A stretch of DNA of 32,000 nt from assembly GCF_900083515.1 (NCBI RefSeq), contig NZ_LT671858.1, positions 270,001 through 302,000 on the forward strand, written 5' to 3'. The position numbers were made by a program, and so were the translations under genes. Position 1 is the stretch's first letter. Each line of letters starts with the position of its first letter. The DNA is from Cuniculiplasma divulgatum (GTDB taxonomy: Archaea > Thermoplasmatota > Thermoplasmata > Thermoplasmatales > Thermoplasmataceae). Under the pieces are notes generated by a model. It made no database searches and had not been told where the DNA came from. It saw only the letters and a list, made by a program, of their open reading frames with translations. Below, one piece after another: positions 24,555 through 32,000 of the stretch.

Positions 24555-26443
24555 ATGAATCTAATGGTGAAAGTTTCGCAAAATCCAGTTATGGATCTAT
24601 CAGCCTTAAACCATATCAGATTGATGCAATAAATTTCGCTGTTGAATGCCTGTTGAAACAGGTTGTACCCATAATCGAATCTCCAACAGGGTCAGGAAAA
24701 ACAATAATATCAATTATTTCCTCAATTATATACGCAAAGAAAACAGGTAAAAAGGTACTTTACCTTACGAGGACAAATTCTCAGCAAGAACAGATTCTGA
24801 AAGAACTTAAGATTCTTTCCAAAGCAATGGATTTCAGAGCAATTGCAATGCAGGGAAGGGTAAATATGTGCCCGCTTTACATGGAACTTGAAAAAGAATC
24901 AGACTTCACAACAGAATCTTTATCGAAAATGTGTTCATCAAGAAAGAAGAGAACCAAGGAAAGGAAGGAGGGCGGATGCTACTATTACAACAGTGGTATC
25001 TCTTCAGATGAAACTAGGGAATATATTCTTGAAAATATCCAATCACCAGAGGACATTTTCGAAACACTAAGATCAAGGAAAATATGTCCATATGAATCTC
25101 TAAAATTTGCAATGAGAGATGCAGACCTTGTTGTAATGCCTTACTCATATTTTGTAAATTCAAATATGGCAATTACAACCATCTATAACTGGAGAACTTC
25201 GAGAGAAAACCTTGTTATAATAATTGATGAAGCTCATAACCTTCCTGATATAGCACGAGAATCGAACTCACTGGAAATATCCATGAATACTGTAAACATC
25301 TCAGAGAAGGAGGCGGTCGACTTCGGAGACCCAGAACTTCAGCCTTCTGTACATGTATCTGATTTCATGGAGGCGATACGGGTATCCATGATTGAATTGA
25401 CCCGTGAAATGGTTGAAAAACAGAAGGAAAAGCGGATCATGTTCAGGGATATATATGAGGAAATGAGTATCTACATGAAGCGAAAATCGGACGAGATAGA
25501 ATACATGGTTGATGCTCTCATAGCATTTGGATCTCAAATAGAAGATCAGAAGGAAAATCTTGGAAAGGTTCCCATGTCGCACATTAAAATTCTTGGAGAG
25601 AAGCTGAAGTTCCTCAGATTTGCTGAGTATGACAGATTCATATGTATAGTCTCAAGGGATGAAGAGGAAAAGCTTGAGGCATACTGTCTGGATCCATCAA
25701 TTGTTCTTGAACCACTGTTCCGGTCTTCCACCATTCACGTCTCTGCAACTCTTGATCCTGTGTGGCTTTACACCAACATGACTGGGATAGTAAATTTTGA
25801 ATTTAAATCCATTAAAAATATATTCCCTGCATCAAATCTACTGGTTCTCTACAGGGATGATCTTACAACAAAATATTCAGAATTCGGAGCCGAGATGGCT
25901 GATAAATATGTTAAGGTGATAAGTGATATCGTAACAGGTCTTGACCGGAAGTCAATGGTATTCTTCCCCTCATTTAATACTATGCAGTATATAGAAACAA
26001 AGGTAAAATTTCCCCACCTGTCAGAATCAAGATCCATGACACAGCGTGATTTTCAACATCTTATATCTCTTTACAGAAAGGAAAATCGACCATTGTTTGG
26101 TGTTATGGGTGGAAGATTATCCGAAGGAATAAATCTACCGGGAAATCTTCTCGAAGTTGAAATAATAGCAGGCATTCCATTCCCGAAACCCACAATAAAA
26201 CAGAGGGCTCTATCTTCATATTACGATCTGTTATTCGGGTCAGGATGGCAGTATGCTTTTCTATTTCCAGCAATTATTAAGATAAGGCAAACAATGGGCA
26301 GGGTAATAAGATCTGAAGAGGATATTGGAGTGATAATAATTTTAGATGGAAGGGTCCAAATGCTGGAGCCATACATAAATGCAAGGTTAAGTAACAATAT
26401 CAGAGATGATATCAATTCCTTTTTCAGTAGTCACATTAAATAA
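24551..26443 (+). CDS. xpd: XPD/Rad3-family Fe-S DNA helicase
   Basis: Walker A ESPTGSGKT and DEAH box IIDEAHNL. Four Cys in the Fe-S insertion (NMCPLY, KMCSSR, GGCYYY, KICPYE). C-terminal helicase motifs (GRLSEGINLPG, TMGRVIRS). There is no in-frame ATG upstream of Walker A, so the GTG at 24551 is the only start I see. Confidence 0.9.
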   Translation: MNESNGESFAKSSYGSISLKPYQIDAINFAVECLLKQVVPIIESPTGSGKTIISIISSIIYAKKTGKKVLYLTRTNSQQEQILKELKILSKAMDFRAIAMQGRVNMCPLYMELEKESDFTTESLSKMCSSRKKRTKERKEGGCYYYNSGISSDETREYILENIQSPEDIFETLRSRKICPYESLKFAMRDADLVVMPYSYFVNSNMAITTIYNWRTSRENLVIIIDEAHNLPDIARESNSLEISMNTVNISEKEAVDFGDPELQPSVHVSDFMEAIRVSMIELTREMVEKQKEKRIMFRDIYEEMSIYMKRKSDEIEYMVDALIAFGSQIEDQKENLGKVPMSHIKILGEKLKFLRFAEYDRFICIVSRDEEEKLEAYCLDPSIVLEPLFRSSTIHVSATLDPVWLYTNMTGIVNFEFKSIKNIFPASNLLVLYRDDLTTKYSEFGAEMADKYVKVISDIVTGLDRKSMVFFPSFNTMQYIETKVKFPHLSESRSMTQRDFQHLISLYRKENRPLFGVMGGRLSEGINLPGNLLEVEIIAGIPFPKPTIKQRALSSYYDLLFGSGWQYAFLFPAIIKIRQTMGRVIRSEEDIGVIIILDGRVQMLEPYINARLSNNIRDDINSFFSSHIK

Positions 26444-26482
26444 TACCTACAAGTTTAATTAACGGTATTACATTTTATTATT

Positions 26483-27124
26483 ATGGAAGTCGTGAACTCA
26501 TTCACACTTATCCCTGGAACCATGGCAAACTGTTATGACGTTTCTTACAATGGAAAACGGTTCCTCATTGACGCTGGAACCAAGGGCTCAGGAAAAAAGA
26601 TTGTGGAATATTATAATGCACTGAAGACAAAACCAAATATAGTACTCATAACCCATTATCATCCCGATCATATTGGTGGGCTGTCACTGGTAAAAGAAAC
26701 CTTTAATCCTGTTATATATGTGCCAGATGGTGAAATAGACGTTGTTAAGGGACAGAAGAAGATGACCCCTGCCAGTAGTTTAATGTCCAAATTTGTGGCA
26801 ACTGTAATGAAATCAAAACCTGTAAAGGATGTAAGGCCTGTCTCGGAATTGAAATATGATGGAATAAAGGTTATAAAATCAAACGGGCACACACCAGATA
26901 GCACATCATATCTTTTCACCAGTCTCAAGGCACTTTTTGTTGGTGATGCAGCAATGAAAAACGGTGAGACAGTAACCGTCAACAGGGGTTTTACTCTCGA
27001 TTATAACAAAGCGTTATCATCCATTCAGACCCTGAGTGAAGAAAAGGAAGCCACAGTATTTCCGGGACACGGTAAGCCATTCAGATTTGATGGAGGAAAT
27101 CATGAGGCTATTCGGGAGGAATAA
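26483..27124 (+). CDS. MBL-fold metallo-hydrolase
   Basis: The HxHxDH motif ITHYHPDHIGG, followed by the GHTPDS and GHG metal-ligand blocks. Confidence 0.85.
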   Translation: MEVVNSFTLIPGTMANCYDVSYNGKRFLIDAGTKGSGKKIVEYYNALKTKPNIVLITHYHPDHIGGLSLVKETFNPVIYVPDGEIDVVKGQKKMTPASSLMSKFVATVMKSKPVKDVRPVSELKYDGIKVIKSNGHTPDSTSYLFTSLKALFVGDAAMKNGETVTVNRGFTLDYNKALSSIQTLSEEKEATVFPGHGKPFRFDGGNHEAIREE

Positions 27125-27170
27125 TTCTAAAAAAGGGTTATTAAATACCAATACATATTCAAGCATAGAA

Positions 27171-27632
27171 ATGCAGAGAGAGGAACTACAGGAACATGTG
27201 GTCCGAAGAATAGAGCCATATGAGATTAAGAGAGCGATGGAGATTTCACAGAAATCTCTGTCGGAAAGGTATTCCAGAGACCTTATGATGGAAATTTACC
27301 AGGGCTGGCCAGATGGGTTTATTGTATACTCAGTAAGGGACAGAATATTTGGTTTCCTCGCAGGAAAGAAGGTGACACAAAGTGAAGCAAGAATACTTAT
27401 GCTTGCAACAGAAGAAAAATATCGAAGCCTGGGTATTGGTGGGGAAATCATTGAAAACTTTATTCAGACATGCCAGATTTACGGTTTTATAACTGTAAGG
27501 CTTGAAGTGAGGACAGACAATAGGAGGGGAATAGAATTTTACCAGAGACATGGGTTTATGGTTACCTCCATATTGAGAAATTATTACAGTGATGGCTCAG
27601 ATGCTTATGTAATGTGGAAGCAGCTAGTTTGA
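27171..27632 (+). CDS. GNAT-family N-acetyltransferase (RimI/Ard1-like)
   Basis: The acetyl-CoA binding block is LATEEKYRSLGIGGEIIENFI, followed by the VRTDNRRGIEFYQRHGF block. The start is uncertain: the ORF track begins at 27036 inside the MBL gene, and ATGs at 27090, 27102 and 27171 are all possible. Confidence 0.75.
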   Translation: MQREELQEHVVRRIEPYEIKRAMEISQKSLSERYSRDLMMEIYQGWPDGFIVYSVRDRIFGFLAGKKVTQSEARILMLATEEKYRSLGIGGEIIENFIQTCQIYGFITVRLEVRTDNRRGIEFYQRHGFMVTSILRNYYSDGSDAYVMWKQLV

Positions 27633-28562
27633 GAACACTTCCAATCTTGTAGTCTGTTGGGCTTTTACTGTTACTGGGTTTTCAATTTTTATTACGGTGC
27701 CATGGGTGTAAGACTCCTTCAGGCTGCCATTGATTATCCCACTTCCACTCAGTATTCTTAGCAGATTTCCATCTTCTGGTGTTATGGTTGCAGAATAATC
27801 ATCTTTCACAAGATATTCTGTTATACCCAATCTGTCATTTTCAAAGATATCCTTCTTGTATCCAAAGCTGGTATCTTCCCTGCCCTTATATTCGGATCTT
27901 GCCTGTTCAAGCTCTTTCTCACTATCCACCCCGATCCACAAAGAATCCTCCTTGTATGCTCCAAGGAGTCTCCTCTTGGCTATTTCAGGAAATACAGTTA
28001 TCTCAACATCCTTTCCATTGTATTCATTGAAAAAAATCTCCCTTATCGAACTCTTAATATAATAAAGACCAGAGTTTATGTAATGTTCCAGAACTGGTTT
28101 TTCCCTGAAAGAAGTAACCTGGTCTCCATTCATTTCCACTATGCCGTAAGGGCTTCTCATTCTTGTCACTAGCATTGTCATTCCAAAAGCGGATTCTTTT
28201 GAGAACTTTCTGAAGTGTTCGAAGTTAATATCTGTAATGGTATCACCATTCCTCAACATTACGTCTTCATCACCAACAGTTTCAAGGAGATTCCTTATGG
28301 AATAAAGTGTACCCATAGGTTTCTCTTCCTTTAGATAATGGAATCTTATTCCATCGTGGACTTTCCCATATCTATCCTCTATTTTTTCACCAAGATGTCC
28401 TGATAGTACGTAAATATCTTCAATTCCAAGATATTTAAAATCCAGTATCTGTCTGTCCATTATGGTATAGTTTGGTTTTATTTCAACTAAAACTTTTGGA
28501 ATCTCATCAGTAATCGGTTTCAATCTCTTGCCGTATCCTCCGGACAAAATTGCTCCTATCAT
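27624..28562 (-). CDS. sugar-phosphate nucleotidyltransferase with extra C-terminal domain
   Basis: N-terminal MIGAILSGGYGKRLKPITDEIPKVLVEI (GxGxR motif of the NTP_transferase family). The C-terminal 80 aa or so are beta-rich (cupin-like impression only). Overlaps the GNAT gene end by 9 nt, convergently. Confidence 0.85.
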   Translation of the reverse strand: MIGAILSGGYGKRLKPITDEIPKVLVEIKPNYTIMDRQILDFKYLGIEDIYVLSGHLGEKIEDRYGKVHDGIRFHYLKEEKPMGTLYSIRNLLETVGDEDVMLRNGDTITDINFEHFRKFSKESAFGMTMLVTRMRSPYGIVEMNGDQVTSFREKPVLEHYINSGLYYIKSSIREIFFNEYNGKDVEITVFPEIAKRRLLGAYKEDSLWIGVDSEKELEQARSEYKGREDTSFGYKKDIFENDRLGITEYLVKDDYSATITPEDGNLLRILSGSGIINGSLKESYTHGTVIKIENPVTVKAQQTTRLEVFSN

Positions 28563-28658
28563 TCATTCACACTTATTCCAAGTAGTAAAAGGAGATATTT
28601 TATAATTTGTCAACAAAACGACGCTTCACTGGCTATATTTAAAAAATATTGAAATTAT

Positions 28659-29840
28659 TTACATAATCTTCAAGGCTTTCGCTCCGTTCTCAAAAGCCTC
28701 TAGCGTTCTCTTCAGGTCATCTTTGGAATGTACAGCCGAAGGCATGACACGTATCCTGGCAACTCCCTTTGCGACCGTGGGAAAAACAATTGGTGAGGCA
28801 AAAACTCCCTCATTTTTATATAGATAATTGCTGAGTTCAAGAGTCTTTTTCTCATCTCCTATGACAACAGGAGTAATCGGTGTCTTTGTGGAGGTGAGTC
28901 TGAAACCCGCATCTCTAAATCCTTTCTGAAGGAAGTTTGCGTTTTCCCACAGTTTCTTGACCAGTGAATCATCTCTTTCCATTATTTCTATGGACTTCAA
29001 AACTCCTGCAGTATCTCCTGGATTCAACGCACTGCTGAATAGAAATGGTCTTGCCCTCTGTTTAAGCAGATCTATTAATTTCTGACTTCCTGCGACAAAG
29101 CCCCCCATAGAACCCAGAGCCTTGGAAAAAGTACCCATTTCAATTTCTACCTTACCCTGAAGACCGAAGTGATCAACTATTCCTCTTCCATTCTTTCCAA
29201 GTACACCTTCACCGTGGGCATCATCAACATAGAACATTGTATCATACTTATCCTTTAATTCCTGTATCTCCTTCACAGGTGCTATATCCCCATCCATGCT
29301 GAAGACACCATCTGTGACTATTAGTGATCTTTTTCCCTCCTTTCTATGTTCTTTAAGGTTTTTTTCAAGATTTTCAACTGACATGTGATCGTACACATAT
29401 CTCTTTGCCGAACTCAACCTCATGCCATCAATTATACTTGCATGATTTAATTCTTCACTGAAAATCACATCCTCCTTGCCCACAAGAACAGGTATTGTTC
29501 CAAGATTTGCAAGCAACCCTCCCTGATATACGAGCGCTGATTCCATGTGCTTGAAGGATGCTACTTTTTCCTCTAATTTCATGTGTATTTCCATTGTCCC
29601 GGCTATGGATCTTACAGCTCCTGCTCCTATCCCATATTCATCAATAGCTTCAACAACTGCTTTCTTTACCTCTGGATTATTTGCGAGTCCAAGATAATTA
29701 TTGGAACACATATTGAGAACTTCCTTTCCCTCAATCTTCACGTGAGCTCCCTGAGAAGTTTCAAGAATTCTTATAGGCACATATCTGCCCTCATTTTTCA
29801 AATTTTCCAGTTCCTGGTCAACCCATTCTAAACTTGTCAT
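28659..29840 (-). CDS. kbl: Kbl/BioF-family PLP-dependent acyltransferase (likely 2-amino-3-ketobutyrate CoA ligase)
   Basis: NNYLGLANNPEV, VRSIAGT, DDAHGEG and the PLP-lysine block GTFSKALGSMGGF. N-terminal similarity to Kbl rather than BioF is by eye only. Confidence 0.8.
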   Translation of the reverse strand: MTSLEWVDQELENLKNEGRYVPIRILETSQGAHVKIEGKEVLNMCSNNYLGLANNPEVKKAVVEAIDEYGIGAGAVRSIAGTMEIHMKLEEKVASFKHMESALVYQGGLLANLGTIPVLVGKEDVIFSEELNHASIIDGMRLSSAKRYVYDHMSVENLEKNLKEHRKEGKRSLIVTDGVFSMDGDIAPVKEIQELKDKYDTMFYVDDAHGEGVLGKNGRGIVDHFGLQGKVEIEMGTFSKALGSMGGFVAGSQKLIDLLKQRARPFLFSSALNPGDTAGVLKSIEIMERDDSLVKKLWENANFLQKGFRDAGFRLTSTKTPITPVVIGDEKKTLELSNYLYKNEGVFASPIVFPTVAKGVARIRVMPSAVHSKDDLKRTLEAFENGAKALKIM

Positions 29841-29880
29841 GATTAAGAATGGCTTACTTAAAGAAAAAATTAACTATGTA

Positions 29881-30609
29881 TTAAAAAGGTACCAGTGTAA
29901 AATATAACCTCTTATTCTTTTTTCCCTTGTTCTCTATCTTCTGCAATTTTATCTGGCCAAGCTCTCTGGTATTCGAAACGTGTGTTCCCCCATCAGCCTG
30001 TTCATCTATCCCGACTATCTCAATGATCCTTACAATAGAAAGGTTCTTTATAAGTTCTCTACCTGGTGCTGTTCTTGAAATATTTGGTATTTTCACTGCT
30101 TCTTCCCCTGATATATATTTTACCCTGATATCGTGATTTTCCATTATGGCTCCATTAACTCTGTTTATTATTTCCTGGGCCATATCCTGAGAAAAATCCT
30201 CAATGGAAAAGTCCACTCTCGCCCTATCCTCATATATCTGACTACCGGTGATCAGACCTTCATAATCAGGCATTTTATTTACAATTCCATCTATGAGATG
30301 AATAGAGGTATGAAACTTCATGTAACTGTATCTTTTATGCCAGTCTATGGTTCCATGAAAGTGATCTCCTTCCTTTAAATCATCAAAAGGACCGTCGATA
30401 AGAAGAAGTACCTCTTCTCCCTCTTTTACGGTGTTACCAACCCTGTACTCTTTTCCATTTACCGTAAGAATTCCTGAATCTCCTGGCTGCCCCCCTCCTG
30501 AAGGATAGAAAACTGTTCGATCAGGAATAACCCCTTTATCGTTAATCCTGTTAATTCTGCCATCACATTCCTTCAAATATGAATCGTTGAAATATAATTT
30601 CTCCGTCAT
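29881..30609 (-). CDS. alaX: alanyl-tRNA editing protein AlaX (AlaX-M type)
   Basis: The zinc motifs HTSIHLI (HxxxH) and ADGGTHV are present. These are typical of the threonyl/alanyl-tRNA synthetase second additional domain. 242 aa. Confidence 0.85.
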   Translation of the reverse strand: MTEKLYFNDSYLKECDGRINRINDKGVIPDRTVFYPSGGGQPGDSGILTVNGKEYRVGNTVKEGEEVLLLIDGPFDDLKEGDHFHGTIDWHKRYSYMKFHTSIHLIDGIVNKMPDYEGLITGSQIYEDRARVDFSIEDFSQDMAQEIINRVNGAIMENHDIRVKYISGEEAVKIPNISRTAPGRELIKNLSIVRIIEIVGIDEQADGGTHVSNTRELGQIKLQKIENKGKKNKRLYFTLVPF

Positions 30610-30756
30610 TATTTTTCTATTCTAACATTGTATATATCTCTATGCAATCGTGTCAGTTATATCAACTCCTACTGTTATCTCATTTCCAAAAAATTAAGAG
30701 TATTGAAGATATGCGCAACAACGAGAAGTTTCTGGGATAAGTCATTTGAATACATA

Positions 30757-31272
30757 ATGGGCATTTTTGCGTTCATTGCTCCACTCATTTCAACCTACAT
30801 AATAGTGAGGCTACTTTCAAGAAAAAACACTGCATGGTTATTTGTAATAATTAATGTCATAGTTATTTCCATTATCCCCTTCATTTTTGGATTGTTTTTC
30901 AGACTTTCATCAATTCTGGATATAGCAATACTGATGATTATTTACTCTCTCATATTCGTTCCAGTGACAACATCTATATTAAGATCAAGAAGAAAGAGGT
31001 TAAATTTCCAGGGAAAATGGAATATTATAACAGCATTTAGAAAACACTGGGTAATTTACGCAGCTTCAATGGTTTTTTATACATTCAGCCTAGTATTCAT
31101 ATGGTCCTTTGCCTTTGATGTTCCATCGTCCTTAAGCAACCTTATTTTCTATGTTTTCACTGGGTTTCTCACATTTTATTATCTTATACTTGGATTTGGC
31201 ATAGCCAGAGTGGGCATGGAAGAAAAAAGGAAAAGAAAGAGGGAGATGGAGCAGAACAGAACAATTCAATAA
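30757..31272 (+). CDS. hypothetical integral membrane protein
   Basis: Hydrophobic segments begin right after the ATG at 30757 (MGIFAFIAPL...), with a basic C-terminal tail. The ORF-track TTG start at 30628 adds a non-membrane-like extension. Confidence 0.55.
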   Translation: MGIFAFIAPLISTYIIVRLLSRKNTAWLFVIINVIVISIIPFIFGLFFRLSSILDIAILMIIYSLIFVPVTTSILRSRRKRLNFQGKWNIITAFRKHWVIYAASMVFYTFSLVFIWSFAFDVPSSLSNLIFYVFTGFLTFYYLILGFGIARVGMEEKRKRKREMEQNRTIQ

Positions 31273-31331
31273 TTGTATTCTTTCAATATTTTTTCCAGAA
31301 ATATTCTTAAGCTGATTTTTAATATCAGAGT

Positions 31332-32000
31332 ATGGATAGCACTGGTATTAGAATACGATTGGCAACAATACTGGCAGGGATAGGCATCGCAGTTATTGCT
31401 GGTCTTATAATTTCAGTGGTGGCAAATTATTTCTTTAACCTATCATATTCTTTTTCATTTCTTGGAATAATACTTGTGATTGTGCTCATAATGGACATTG
31501 CTCAATATCTTCTTTCTCCATATATTATAGGAAGAATGTATCATCTGAGAAAGGTAAATCCACAGGATCCATCAACCGCATGGCTGTATGCTTCCTTACA
31601 GCAGGTATGCAGCTATAATAACCAGAGGGTTCCGGAACTTTTCATTGCCGAAACTCCAGTAGCAAATGCATTTGCATACGGTTCCCTTCTTTCAGGAAGA
31701 AGAATGGCAGTGACAAGAGGTCTCCTTAACATTCTCAATAGAGATGAGGTTGAAGCTGTAATGGGTCACGAAATTGGGCATCTTAAGCATCATGATGTTG
31801 CGCTCTTACTGGCAATAGGTTTGATACCAACCATAATCTTCTACTTTGGATATTCCATGTTATTTGGAGGAGGAAGAAAGGGTGGTAACGGTTCAATATT
31901 CATAATAGCACTGGTAATGATGGGTGTGAGTTTTGTATTCAATATCATGATCCTTGGGGTTAACAGGATGAGGGAGTCATATGCCGATGTAAATTCAGCC
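31332..32000 (+). CDS. htpX: HtpX-like M48 zinc metalloprotease, C-terminus beyond window
   Basis: Absent from the ORF track because it runs off the window. The ATG at 31332 opens a frame to base 32000, encoding two N-terminal TM segments, then NAFAYG and the HEXXH motif MGHEIGHLKHHD. Confidence 0.85.
   Translation, partial: MDSTGIRIRLATILAGIGIAVIAGLIISVVANYFFNLSYSFSFLGIILVIVLIMDIAQYLLSPYIIGRMYHLRKVNPQDPSTAWLYASLQQVCSYNNQRVPELFIAETPVANAFAYGSLLSGRRMAVTRGLLNILNRDEVEAVMGHEIGHLKHHDVALLLAIGLIPTIIFYFGYSMLFGGGRKGGNGSIFIIALVMMGVSFVFNIMILGVNRMRESYADVNSA

Noticed and set aside
27036-27170. Long 5' extension of the GNAT ORF overlapping the last 89 nt of the MBL hydrolase gene.
   Set aside because: The extension is basic and unstructured-looking, and the GNAT core starts well downstream. 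A start at one of the internal ATGs (27090, 27102, 27171) is more plausible than a true long overlap. I cannot decide between them from sequence alone.
1-32000. CRISPR arrays, rRNA genes, IS elements with terminal inverted repeats, C/D-box sRNAs, or other structured RNAs in the intergenic regions.
   Set aside because: I saw no regularly spaced repeats, no transposase and no RUGAUGA...CUGA box pairs in non-coding stretches. The only non-coding regions longer than about 200 nt are the four around 1463..1670, 7846..8095, 8735..8974 and 11561..11820, and I saw no convincing structure in them. A covariance-model scan would be needed to exclude small RNAs.

Overview
This is a low-GC, gene-dense archaeal chromosome segment. 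It fits a Thermoplasmata-type organism best: tricorn protease, a long zinc-type 3Fe/4Fe-motif ferredoxin, archaeal uS12/uS7, NAC, a class-I CCA-adding enzyme, XerA and XPD. I call about 35 protein genes, one of them a pseudogene, plus two tRNAs (Phe-GAA, Gln-UUG). Most are housekeeping: translation, purM, aconitase, GGPP synthase, RNase HII, photolyase, Kbl, AlaX, HtpX. I see no rRNA, CRISPR array, IS element or known defence system, and no convincing novel multi-gene system. The leads are: (1) tRNA-Gln(UUG) sits 11 nt upstream of a 64-aa diglycine-terminated ubiquitin-like (SAMP/Urm1/ThiS-type) gene, which overlaps the CCA-adding enzyme gene tail-to-tail. (2) A roughly 1.5-kb visibly A+T-rich islet lies between dys and tRNA-Phe; it holds an orphan ORF and a DUF3800-type gene broken by an in-frame TAA, bracketed by short direct repeats. 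(3) A minus-strand cluster encodes an ABC ATPase, a large permease, PadR and a CopD-like membrane protein, with an ATGT/ACAT operator-like palindrome over the PadR start. (4) A TPR gene overlaps XPD by 4 nt. Several ORF-track starts are TTG/GTG extensions, and I moved them to the first plausible ATG. Family assignments come from motif recognition by eye, not from searches.
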